Shown: piece by piece, positions 49,535 to 58,566 of the stretch
Numbering within the stretch: the first letter of the stretch is position 1
Layout of the letters: every line of letters begins with the position of its first letter
Assembly (NCBI GenBank): GCA_017515795.1
Contig: JAFWEE010000008.1
Span: 6,549 to 70,548 of the forward strand
Origin: Bacilli bacterium
GTDB lineage: Bacteria > Bacillota_I > Bacilli_A > RF39 > UBA660
Length of the DNA: 64,000 nt
Reading direction: 5' to 3'
Translations under genes and position numbers: made by a program
Notes under the pieces: generated by a model
Seen by the model: only the letters and a program-made list of their open reading frames with translations
Told to the model about the DNA's origin: nothing
Database searches by the model: none

Positions 49535-50659
49535 TTATTTTATCTTTAATCGATCTATTAATTTATACTTCTCATTTAAGTATAATGCTATTGTTTTTAA
49601 AATAGCAGTTATAGGTGTTGCTAAAAGCATACCTATTATACCAAAGAAGTGACCAAATATCAATAATCCAATAATTATAGTTACTGGATGAAGTTTCATT
49701 GTCTTACTCATTACAATTGGATGTAATATATAACTTTCTAATATTTGAATTATTATTACAATAATTAATACTATTATACCTAATCTAAAGTCTGTAGAGA
49801 ATGCAAATACTACTATTGGAATACCACCAATCCAAGGCCCAATATATGGAATAATATTAGTTATAGCATTCCATAATGCAAAGAATACAGCACCTTTTAA
49901 ACCAGATACCATAAATGCAACACAAGATACTATAAATACAAGTATTGCTATTAAACCAGTTCCTTTTACAAATGAGAATAATTGTTCTGAAATAGTACTA
50001 AGTAATTTATGAACATTTTCTCTATATCTTCTTGGAACAAATACATATATATTCTCAGTAGCTTTATCAAAGTCTATTAATAAATAGAAACTAATAATTA
50101 AACTAATTAAAATAGTACCTATTTTAGTAACTATAGAAGTAGCTATTGTAATAGCATGCTCAGGAACTTCTTTAGTAAGTTTTAACATATAACCAGTAGA
50201 AAAATCTTTAATACTAGATACTATTGATTTAGATACTTCTTCACTTAAATTTAACTTTTTAAATAATCCAGAAGCAACTTTAGATATATTATTAAGTACA
50301 TTTGGAATATATTTAAATAATTCTGATAATTCTTTTCCAAGTGATGGAAATAAATAAGAGCAAGATAAATATAAAATTCCAAGAATAATTAAATAAACAA
50401 TTGCAGTTGCTATAAATCTATTCATTTTACTTTTAGACATAGATGTAATCAATGGATTTAATAAATATGCTATTAAAACACCTATAAATAATGGTGAAAT
50501 AACAGATAAAATAGTTATAAGAATATTTGTAAGTCTTAATTGTTTATTAATTAAAATAATAGAATAAATTGCTATTACAAATAATAAAAATAATAATACC
50601 TTTAAAACCTTAATACCATAAAATTTTAGTTCATCATTTTTCTCTACTATCTTTTTCAT
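49535..50659 (-). CDS. AI-2E family transporter (PerM/YrrI-like permease)
   Basis: 374 aa; about 8 TM segments with the typical IPYIGPWIGGIP loop. Confidence 0.85.
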   Translation of the reverse strand: MKKIVEKNDELKFYGIKVLKVLLFLLFVIAIYSIILINKQLRLTNILITILSVISPLFIGVLIAYLLNPLITSMSKSKMNRFIATAIVYLIILGILYLSCSYLFPSLGKELSELFKYIPNVLNNISKVASGLFKKLNLSEEVSKSIVSSIKDFSTGYMLKLTKEVPEHAITIATSIVTKIGTILISLIISFYLLIDFDKATENIYVFVPRRYRENVHKLLSTISEQLFSFVKGTGLIAILVFIVSCVAFMVSGLKGAVFFALWNAITNIIPYIGPWIGGIPIVVFAFSTDFRLGIIVLIIVIIIQILESYILHPIVMSKTMKLHPVTIIIGLLIFGHFFGIIGMLLATPITAILKTIALYLNEKYKLIDRLKIK

Positions 50660-50705
50660 ACTATCACCTTAATAATATAATAATATAAATAAATAAAAAG
50701 AGCAA

Positions 50706-51317
50706 TTATTTTGCTCCTTTTTTGTTTTTATTTACATTAGGATTAAGAAATAATTTTTTATAACAATCTACTTGTTTTTGACTAATATCCTCTGATGATA
50801 TAATCATATTTTTACATTCTTTCATTAGTCTTTTTAAATAAGTTTGATAATGAGACCAGTCTTTTTTTAAATCTTCTATATCATATAACTGATCACACAT
50901 TTCATATACAGATTCAGAACCAGGAACTAATAATAATCCCTCAGATGGTCTAAATACATATTCTAACATACATCCCTTTTCAGTATATAAAAGGCAACTA
51001 TTAAGTTTTTGAGTATAACCTGTTACTACTGAATCTAAATCTTTTTCTCCCTTTACTCTAATACAATATAAATCATGCATAATATTTAATGGTGCTATAA
51101 CAATAACCCCCGTTTCAAGTAGATTTTTCATATAATTTATATTAGTTATATCAATAAAATCTTCAGGTGAAAAAGTACATGGAAAAGATTTACAACATCC
51201 TCCCTTACATACTGAACACCATTCTGGTTTAATACAATCATTTTCTGATTTAACTAAACCATTTGATAATTTATATAATAATTCTTCTTTTTTCTTCTTG
51301 TATTCTTCTATTGTCAT
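50706..51317 (-). CDS. YkgJ-family cysteine-cluster protein
   Basis: 203 aa; CSVCKGGCCKSFPC (CxxCxxxCC) motif. Confidence 0.7.
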   Translation of the reverse strand: MTIEEYKKKKEELLYKLSNGLVKSENDCIKPEWCSVCKGGCCKSFPCTFSPEDFIDITNINYMKNLLETGVIVIAPLNIMHDLYCIRVKGEKDLDSVVTGYTQKLNSCLLYTEKGCMLEYVFRPSEGLLLVPGSESVYEMCDQLYDIEDLKKDWSHYQTYLKRLMKECKNMIISSEDISQKQVDCYKKLFLNPNVNKNKKGAK

Positions 51318-51370
51318 AATAAACCTCTAAAAATTATTGATTATTATAACACAAAATAAAAAAGAAACAA

Positions 51371-51562
51371 TTATTTTGTTTCTTTTTCACTCTTTTTAAC
51401 AACTTCTTTTCCGTTATAATATCCACATTCCTTACATGCTCTATGTGCTTTAATAGCTGCACCACAATTTGGACATTTAACTGTACTTGTAGCTTCTAAT
51501 TTATAATGAGTTCTTCTCATTCTTCCACTAGTTTTAGATACTTTTCTAAATGGAACTGCCAT
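51371..51562 (-). CDS. rpmF: 50S ribosomal protein L32
   Basis: 63 aa; [19 protein letters not shown]; zinc ribbon CPNCG...CKECG. Confidence 0.95.
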   Translation of the reverse strand: MAVPFRKVSKTSGRMRRTHYKLEATSTVKCPNCGAAIKAHRACKECGYYNGKEVVKKSEKETK

Positions 51563-51577
51563 AATATCACTCCTTCC

Positions 51578-52021
51578 TTATTCATCTAAGAAATCTTTTA
51601 ACTTAGATAATCTTTCATCAAATTCTTTTTTAGCAATATATTTTTCATCAATACTATCTGATGAATTTGATACCCTAATTGGAATCTCTAGTAATATATT
51701 TTGCCATATTATTGGTAATAAATCAATAGAATTAGTTATTTTATTATTATTTTCATCATCAAAATCAAGTTCTGTAATATCTATATCTATTGGATAATCA
51801 ATTACATCAAGATTAATAGAAGATTTAAGTTTTAAATTACATTTAACATTTAAATTAATAGATAATTCATCAATTTCATTTAAATATAAATATCCATTTA
51901 ACATAACAGGACTTATTTCTTCGATATCAAAAGTATAATATTCACTTGGAATATTTATTTCTTCATTAATATCAATTCTATCAGTGCTATGTGAAAATAA
52001 TTTTATTAAACTTATATTCAT
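51578..52021 (-). CDS. YceD/YlbN family protein (DUF177)
   Basis: 147 aa acidic protein directly upstream of rpmF, matching the conserved ylbN-rpmF pair. Confidence 0.75.
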   Translation of the reverse strand: MNISLIKLFSHSTDRIDINEEINIPSEYYTFDIEEISPVMLNGYLYLNEIDELSINLNVKCNLKLKSSINLDVIDYPIDIDITELDFDDENNNKITNSIDLLPIIWQNILLEIPIRVSNSSDSIDEKYIAKKEFDERLSKLKDFLDE

Positions 52022-52060
52022 AATTTTTCTCCAGCAAGTAAGATTATATTCTATTTTTTA

Positions 52061-55000
52061 TTAAAAATCAATCTTTTTAACATCTAATTTAACGATCTTA
52101 CCATTTAAATCATATTCTTTAGTTAACTTATCATTAACTTCTATTTCATTAGCTAATGTTTCTTTCATAATTATTTCTTTATAATTATCAATTATATAAG
52201 CTATATCTCCAGAATAGATTAATTTAATTCTATCTACTACATTAAAGTCTTTTTCTTTTCTAAGATTTTGTACTTTAGAGATTAATTCTCTAACAATACC
52301 TTCATTTATTAAATCATCAGTAAGAACTGTATCTATTATAACGAAGTTATTATTCATAAATGCAGCATCGAATCCTTCTTTAGCATTTATTCTTACATCT
52401 ACCATTTCAGGTGTTATATCTTTATCTTCTCCAGCTATATTTAGAGTAATTGTTTCATTATTTACTACTTTAGATTTATCTTCATCAGATAAATTTAATA
52501 ATTTATCTTGTAATTCTTTAATAGATGGCCCAAATTCTTTACCACATACTTTAAAGTTAGGTTTTATTTCAAATGTCATATATTTATCTAGTTCTTTAGT
52601 AAATTCTATTTCTTTAACATTTAATTCTTCTTTTATAAGTAGTTTAAGGTCTCCTAGAATTTCTTCTTTATTACCATCAAGAACTATTTTACTAATTGGT
52701 TGTCTAACCTTAATTTTAGCCTCTTCTCTAGCATTTCTACCAAGACTGATTAAGTCCCTTACTAGATCCATTTTTTCTTCAATTTCGTCATTTATATAGT
52801 CTTCATTAGTCTCTGGGAAATCTTCTAAATGAACAGAAGTTTCAAATCCAAGGTTATTATAGATTTCTTCTGATGTAAATGGTGCTACTGGAGCAATTAA
52901 TTTACATAGACCAACTAGAACTTCATAAGTAGTTATATATACTGCTTTTTTAGAATTATCAATTGCTGATCCCCAGAATCTATCTCTATTTCTTCTTATA
53001 TACCAGTTAGATAAATCTTCTGATACAAAGTTAGTTATTAATTTAGTTACTATATTTAAATCATATTCATCATAGGCTTTAGTTACATCTCTAACTAATT
53101 TATTATATTTAGAAAGTAACCATTTATCTATTTCTTCTCTATCTTCATATGCTACATTACATTCATTTATATCAATCTTATCGATATTAGCATATGTTTC
53201 AAAGAATGAATATGTATTCTTTAATGGATTAAAGAACTTAGAATGTGCTTCTTTTATACCTTCTGAATCATATTTTAATGGAATCCATACTGGTGATGCA
53301 TATAACATATACCATCTAACTTCATCAGCACCGTATTTCTTTAATTCTTCAACTGGATCTACTACATTACCAGTAGATTTACTCATTTTCTTACCTTTAG
53401 CATCAAGTACCATATCATTAACAACAACATTTTTAAATGAACTTTCACCTGAGATAATTACTGAGATAACAAGTAATACATAGAACCATCCTCTAGTTTG
53501 GTCAACACCCTCTGCTATAAAATCAGCTGGAAATTGATTTTCAAACAATTCTTTATTTTCAAATGGATAATGGAATTGACAATAAGGCATAGCACCTGAA
53601 TCAAACCATACATCAAGTACATCTGTAACTCTTGTTAATATATCTCCAGTAACTGGTGATTTAATCTTAACTTCATCAATATATGGTCTATGAAATTCTA
53701 ATTTATCAATATCTATCTTAGTAGCATTTAATTTCTTTAATTCTTCTTTAGAACCAACAACATAGATTTCACCAGTTTCTTCATTAGTCCATACAGGAAG
53801 TGGACATCCCCAATATCTATTTCTAGAAATACCCCAGTCAACCATGTTTTCAAGCCAGTTATTAAATCTCTTTTCTCCAACATAATCTGGGAACCAATTA
53901 ATTTTCTTATTAGCAGCTATAATCTTATCTTTTAAGGCAGTTGTTTTAACATACCAAGCTGGTTTTGGATAAGAAATTAATGGTGAATGACATCTCCAAC
54001 AATGAGGATAATCATGTGTTATCTTTATTTTCTTAAATAATTTATCATTATCTTTTAACCATTTAATAATATCTATTTCAAGTTCTGGATCAGTAACTAA
54101 TCTTCCTTCCCATGGTCCACAATTATAAGTTCCATCTAAAGAAACAGGATTAGTAAATCCAATACCATTTTCTTTACAAACTCTATTATCATCTTCACCA
54201 TAAGCAGGAGCTATATGAACTATACCAGTACCATCTTCAGCAGTTACATAATTGTCTGCTATTACTTCATGACATTTTCCTTCATAAGTAGCAAAAGTCA
54301 TTAAAGGTTCATATTTTAATCCAACTAAATCTTTACCTTTATATGTTTCAAGAACTTTATATTCATCCCCTAATACTTTATTTGCTAGTGGTTCAGCTAC
54401 AATAAATTTATAACCCATAGATTCAGCTTTAATATAAGTAAGTTCTGGGTTAACACAAATAGCTACGTTAGCCATTAAAGTCCAAGGTGTTGTTGTCCAT
54501 GCTAAGAAATATACATCTTCATCTACCTTTTTCATCGGTACTATAACAGTATTTACTGAAGTTTCTTCATATCCTTGAGATACTTCATTAGCAGATAATT
54601 CTGTACCACATCTAGGACAATACCAAAGTACTTTATTACCGTGATATAAAAGCCCTTTTTCGTGCATTTGCTTTATAATATACCATTCTGATTCAATATA
54701 ATCATTTGTACATGTAATATATGGATTTTCACAATCAATAAATTGTCCCATCATATCAGTTACTTTATTAATTTCATCTATATTAGTAGCAGTTGCTTTA
54801 TTACATTCTACACAAAAGTTTTCTACACCAAACTTTTCAATATCTGCTTTACTCTTAAATCCAAGTTTCTTTTCTACATTAACTTCAATTGGTAAACCAT
54901 GAGTATCTAATCCTATTTTTCTTAGAACTCTATATCCTTTCATAATTTTATATTTACAGAATGAATCCTTGATAGTCTTAGCAAGTACATGGTGAATACC

Positions 55001-55162
55001 AGGTTTAGCATTAGCATAAATTGGTCCATCATAAAATACAAAATCTTCTTTACCTTCTCTATGTTTAGTAGTAAGTTCTAGAATATTTTGTTTTTTCCAT
55101 TTTTCTACTTGTTCAGCTTCTTTAACATAATTTTCTCTTTTGTCTAATTTCTTAAACTCCAT
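52061..55162 (-). CDS. ileS: Isoleucine--tRNA ligase, long (type 2) form
   Basis: 1033 aa; PGIHHVLAKT HIGH-region variant; KMSKSTGN; CP1 editing insertion. Confidence 0.95.
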   Translation of the reverse strand: MEFKKLDKRENYVKEAEQVEKWKKQNILELTTKHREGKEDFVFYDGPIYANAKPGIHHVLAKTIKDSFCKYKIMKGYRVLRKIGLDTHGLPIEVNVEKKLGFKSKADIEKFGVENFCVECNKATATNIDEINKVTDMMGQFIDCENPYITCTNDYIESEWYIIKQMHEKGLLYHGNKVLWYCPRCGTELSANEVSQGYEETSVNTVIVPMKKVDEDVYFLAWTTTPWTLMANVAICVNPELTYIKAESMGYKFIVAEPLANKVLGDEYKVLETYKGKDLVGLKYEPLMTFATYEGKCHEVIADNYVTAEDGTGIVHIAPAYGEDDNRVCKENGIGFTNPVSLDGTYNCGPWEGRLVTDPELEIDIIKWLKDNDKLFKKIKITHDYPHCWRCHSPLISYPKPAWYVKTTALKDKIIAANKKINWFPDYVGEKRFNNWLENMVDWGISRNRYWGCPLPVWTNEETGEIYVVGSKEELKKLNATKIDIDKLEFHRPYIDEVKIKSPVTGDILTRVTDVLDVWFDSGAMPYCQFHYPFENKELFENQFPADFIAEGVDQTRGWFYVLLVISVIISGESSFKNVVVNDMVLDAKGKKMSKSTGNVVDPVEELKKYGADEVRWYMLYASPVWIPLKYDSEGIKEAHSKFFNPLKNTYSFFETYANIDKIDINECNVAYEDREEIDKWLLSKYNKLVRDVTKAYDEYDLNIVTKLITNFVSEDLSNWYIRRNRDRFWGSAIDNSKKAVYITTYEVLVGLCKLIAPVAPFTSEEIYNNLGFETSVHLEDFPETNEDYINDEIEEKMDLVRDLISLGRNAREEAKIKVRQPISKIVLDGNKEEILGDLKLLIKEELNVKEIEFTKELDKYMTFEIKPNFKVCGKEFGPSIKELQDKLLNLSDEDKSKVVNNETITLNIAGEDKDITPEMVDVRINAKEGFDAAFMNNNFVIIDTVLTDDLINEGIVRELISKVQNLRKEKDFNVVDRIKLIYSGDIAYIIDNYKEIIMKETLANEIEVNDKLTKEYDLNGKIVKLDVKKIDF

Positions 55163-55182
55163 TTTTTTACCTCCTTAAAATT

Positions 55183-55388
55183 AAAAAATATCCATGATGT
55201 AAGGACTATTTATAGCGGTACCACCTTACTTCATAGATATCTATGCTCTTAATTACTTAACGCGTTTAACGCCCTATTCTATTTACTTAAACAGGGATAT
55301 CAGAAGTGATCTAATATTTATATAGTATTACCTTTCACCAAACGATAACTCTCTAAAAACATCTATAAATATCCGTCTTCATCATTTA
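55183..55388 (-). promoter_or_regulatory. T-box riboswitch leader, tRNA-Ile (ileS)
   Basis: Minus strand: AUGAUGAAG...AUC-A-CUUC-UGA (specifier AUC = 55310-55308, with GAAG/CUUC helix). AGAGAG and UGGUGAAAGG platform motifs. T-box GUAAGGUGGUACCGC (55215-55229); U-run 55183-55187. Confidence 0.85.
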
Positions 55389-55736
55389 TTTTTTATCTAA
55401 TTCTTCTAGAAGTCTTATTTGTTCATTAATATTATTAATTAATTTCTCTTTAATAACACTAATTCTTTCTTTTTCAACTTTATCTATTGTTTCTTTGGTA
55501 TTTTTAGTCAAAAGGATTCCGTTACTAAGTGTTTTACTTAATTCTTCTTCACTTTTAACGATATTCTTACTTGGATTATTTTTAATATCTGACAGTTCTT
55601 TTTCAAGCCTTTTTATTTTCTCTTCTTTTTCTTTATTAGACTTTATTATTTTTTCTACATTTTCAATAATATCGTCTATAAATTTATTAACATCATCAGT
55701 ATTATATCCAAATAAGCTTTTTTTAATCTTATTCAT
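55386..55736 (-). CDS. DivIVA-domain protein (short)
   Basis: FGYNTDDVNKFIDDIIE N-terminal DivIVA/GpsB motif followed by a coiled coil. ATG at 55736 is preferred over the ORF-track start at 55772. Confidence 0.8.
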   Translation of the reverse strand: MNKIKKSLFGYNTDDVNKFIDDIIENVEKIIKSNKEKEEKIKRLEKELSDIKNNPSKNIVKSEEELSKTLSNGILLTKNTKETIDKVEKERISVIKEKLINNINEQIRLLEELDKK

Positions 55737-55793
55737 AATACCACTTCCAAGAATTGAGATATATAATATCACTAATTTATTTATAAATCAATA

Positions 55794-56195
55794 TTATTCT
55801 TCGTCTTCGTCTTCTTTTGACTTAGTTTTCTTTGCTTCTTCTTCTGTCATTGTTCCTTGAACATTTATATTCTTTGGAGTACAAAGAAATATACCAGGTC
55901 CAAGTTTTTGCATCTTACCACCAATAGCATATAGAGTTCCAGATAAGAAATCTATTATTCTTTTAGCTTGTTCAGATGTAACTCTTTTTAAGTTAACAAC
56001 AACTGTATTTCTTTTCTTTAAATGATCTGCTATTTGTTGACTTTCTGAATATGCTCTTGGTTCAAGTAAAATCATTTTATTACCTTCAGCATTCTTATCT
56101 TTATATGCTTCCTCTACTGTATTAATATAAAATGCATCTTCTACATTATCTACATTTTCAGGTTTTTCACCAATTAATTTATCAAATATTCCCAT
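55794..56195 (-). CDS. sepF: Cell division protein SepF
   Basis: 133 aa; VVVNLKRVTSEQAKRIIDFLSGTLYAIGG core; synteny with divIVA. Confidence 0.9.
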   Translation of the reverse strand: MGIFDKLIGEKPENVDNVEDAFYINTVEEAYKDKNAEGNKMILLEPRAYSESQQIADHLKKRNTVVVNLKRVTSEQAKRIIDFLSGTLYAIGGKMQKLGPGIFLCTPKNINVQGTMTEEEAKKTKSKEDEDEE

Positions 56196-56283
56196 AATTT
56201 ATCCTCCGTTACTATATACATAGTAGCATATTTTTATTTAAAAATAAAGAATAATGTATATATTATTGTAAATAAAAAAGATA

Positions 56284-57657
56284 CTAGAATAGTATCTTTT
56301 CATTTATATAGTTAACTACTTCATCTAAAGGTAATGTTATTTGTTCCATTGTATCTCTATCTCTTATAGTTACAGTATTATTATTAACAGTTTCATCGTC
56401 TATTGTAATAGAATATGGAGTACCAATTGCATCATTTCTTCTATATCTTTTACCAATAGAACCAGAATCATCATAAGTACACATAAAGTACTTAGAAAGC
56501 ATATTATATACTTCAGTAGCTTTATCTGTATGATTTTTCTTAATTAATGGTAATATTGCACATTTATATGGAGCTATAGCAGGATTAAAATGCATAACTT
56601 CTCTTGTTTCACCATTTTCAAGTTCTTGTTCTTCAAATGCTTCACAAAGAAGTGCTAATGTTAATCTATCTGCTCCAATAGAATATTCAATAACTGTAGG
56701 AATATATTTTTCATTAGTTTCTGGATCTAAATATTCAAGTGATTTACCACTAAACTCAGAATGTCTTGATAAATCCCAAGTTCCTCTATGATGGATACCA
56801 TTTAATTCTTCCCATCCAATTGGGAATTTATATTGAATATCGCATGCTGCTTTAGCATAGTGAGCTAATTTATCATGATCATGAAATCTTAGTTTATCAC
56901 TAGGTAAACCAATATCATTTACAAAGTTTAATGCTCTTTCTTTATAGTTATTATATATATTCATAGAATCTGAGTCTTTACAAAACATTTGAAGTTCCAT
57001 TTGTTCAAATTCTATAGTTCTAAACAAAAAGTTCCCTGGAGTAATTTCATTTCTAAATGATTTACCTATTTGAGCTATAGCAAATGGTATTTTTGCTCTT
57101 GTAGTTCTTTGTACATTTAAGAAATTAACATATTCTCCTTGACATGTTTCAGGTCTTAGATAAACTGTATCTTTAGAACCTTCAACAGTTCCCCTACTAG
57201 TTTCAAACATTAATTTAAATTGTTTTATTTCAGACCATTCATGAGAACCACAATGAGGACATTTAATATTATTGTCTTCAATGTATTTTTCCATTTCTTC
57301 ATTAGTCATACCTTCAGCAGCTACTTCTCCTTTAGAGAATTCTTCTATCATATTGTCTGCCCTAAATCTTTGTTTACATTTTTTACAATCCATTTTTGGA
57401 TCTGAAAATGATGCTACATGTCCAGATGCTTCCCATACTCTTGGATTCATAAGAATTCCTGCATCTACTCCATATGTACTTTTATCTTCTTGAACAAATC
57501 TCTTCCACCAAGCTTTTTTTACGTTATTTTTTAGTTCTACACCTACTGGGCCAAAATCCCAAGTGTTTGCAAATCCATCATAAATGTCACTTCCTGGAAA
57601 TACAAACCCATATTGTTTACACATATTAACAATTTTTTCCATAGTTACTTCTTTCAT
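56284..57657 (-). CDS. glyQS: Glycine--tRNA ligase (single-chain alpha2 type)
   Basis: 457 aa; motif 2 FRNEITPGNFLFRTIEFEQME; motif 3 YSIGADRLTLAL. Confidence 0.95.
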   Translation of the reverse strand: MKEVTMEKIVNMCKQYGFVFPGSDIYDGFANTWDFGPVGVELKNNVKKAWWKRFVQEDKSTYGVDAGILMNPRVWEASGHVASFSDPKMDCKKCKQRFRADNMIEEFSKGEVAAEGMTNEEMEKYIEDNNIKCPHCGSHEWSEIKQFKLMFETSRGTVEGSKDTVYLRPETCQGEYVNFLNVQRTTRAKIPFAIAQIGKSFRNEITPGNFLFRTIEFEQMELQMFCKDSDSMNIYNNYKERALNFVNDIGLPSDKLRFHDHDKLAHYAKAACDIQYKFPIGWEELNGIHHRGTWDLSRHSEFSGKSLEYLDPETNEKYIPTVIEYSIGADRLTLALLCEAFEEQELENGETREVMHFNPAIAPYKCAILPLIKKNHTDKATEVYNMLSKYFMCTYDDSGSIGKRYRRNDAIGTPYSITIDDETVNNNTVTIRDRDTMEQITLPLDEVVNYINEKILF

Positions 57658-57677
57658 TTTTATTCCTCCTTTTAAAC

Positions 57678-57805
57678 AAAAAAGATGATTCTACTTCTAT
57701 GTAAGGACGATTATTACCGCGGTTCCACCTTACTTATTCTATAAAAGAATCATCTTTAAGTATATAGCTCTTAGGGTTCCAACCTAGTCATCGCTTTTCA
57801 TTACA
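57678..57805 (-). promoter_or_regulatory. Compact T-box riboswitch leader, tRNA-Gly (glyQS)
   Basis: Minus strand: GCGAUGA-cUAGG-UUGGAAC-CCUAa-GAGC (57794-57767), Stem III AUUCU/AGAAU, T-box GUAAGGUGGAACCGCGG (57717-57733) with a UGGA bulge, 12-bp outer helix (57746-57757 with 57681-57692) and a U-run. Confidence 0.8.
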
Positions 57806-57810
57806 ATTAA

Positions 57811-57819
57811 ATTATATCA
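57811..57819 (-). promoter_or_regulatory. Extended -10 element (TGATATAAT) for the glyQS leader
   Basis: Minus strand TGATATAAT lies 16 nt upstream of the GCGAUGA motif; the -35 is weak. Confidence 0.45.
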
Positions 57820-57827
57820 TAAATATT

Positions 57828-58565
57828 TTAAATGTATACATTTTTAATTTTATTTAAAAACTTTTTAGTATTTAAATACATACCAGAATATCTATCATAA
57901 TATTCAGTTATAAATTCATCTATTTCCCTGCCTATTTTATCAGATATATCTATTTTAGTTAATTTATCCAAATCTACATAATATAGCATTCTTATCATCT
58001 TTAATGTTTTAGGGTCTACTATTTTCTCGTTAGTATGATGTTTATTACATATAAAGCCACCTTTTTCAGATGATAATGTAAGTATATTCTTACTTTGACA
58101 AATAGCACATTCATTTAATTCAGGTGATATTCCTAGATAAGATAAATATTTTAGTTCTAATATATTAGTAATAGATTTAGAATCTAAACCAGATTCTATC
58201 TTTTCTAATGATAATATAAGTAAATCAAATATATTTTCATTATAGTTTTCTTTCATAACCTGCGTAGATAATTCTACTAAGTATGAAGCATAACTTATTT
58301 TAACTAAATCTGATTTTATATTATTAAATGGGTCTATAATGTCAGCATCTATTAAAGTACTAAGTTTACCTTCTTTATAGTTTATTTGAAAATCACAATA
58401 ACTAAGTTTAGTTGTTACTGATCTTAGTTTGCTTTTAAGTGATTTAGCTCCTTTAGCTATTAAAGATATATAACCATATTCTTTAGTAATTACATAAAGT
58501 AATTTACTAGATTCATTATATGGTTTTTCTGAAGCTATTATTCCTCTTACTTTAGTAATTTCCAT
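57828..58565 (-). CDS. recO: DNA repair protein RecO
   Basis: 245 aa; OB-fold N-terminus; zinc-finger CAICQSK...C...H; era-recO synteny. Confidence 0.9.
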   Translation of the reverse strand: MEITKVRGIIASEKPYNESSKLLYVITKEYGYISLIAKGAKSLKSKLRSVTTKLSYCDFQINYKEGKLSTLIDADIIDPFNNIKSDLVKISYASYLVELSTQVMKENYNENIFDLLILSLEKIESGLDSKSITNILELKYLSYLGISPELNECAICQSKNILTLSSEKGGFICNKHHTNEKIVDPKTLKMIRMLYYVDLDKLTKIDISDKIGREIDEFITEYYDRYSGMYLNTKKFLNKIKNVYI

Positions 58566-58566
58566 A

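Noticed and set aside
55171-55230. Pairing of the antiterminator 3' strand (UCCUUA) with the ileS Shine-Dalgarno (UAAGGAGG) as a translational sequestrator, and likewise at glyQS
   Set aside because: There are only 5-6 bp of complementarity, and any T-box CCUU strand is trivially anti-SD. A good U-run terminator is present, so there is no specific evidence for translational control
55794-55830. Short periodic GTCTTC/TTCTTC runs here and in 63100-63500 as possible DNA repeats or a CRISPR-like array
   Set aside because: They are in-frame codon repeats that encode acidic or lysine-rich tails of SepF and the 217-aa protein. There is no repeat-spacer periodicity
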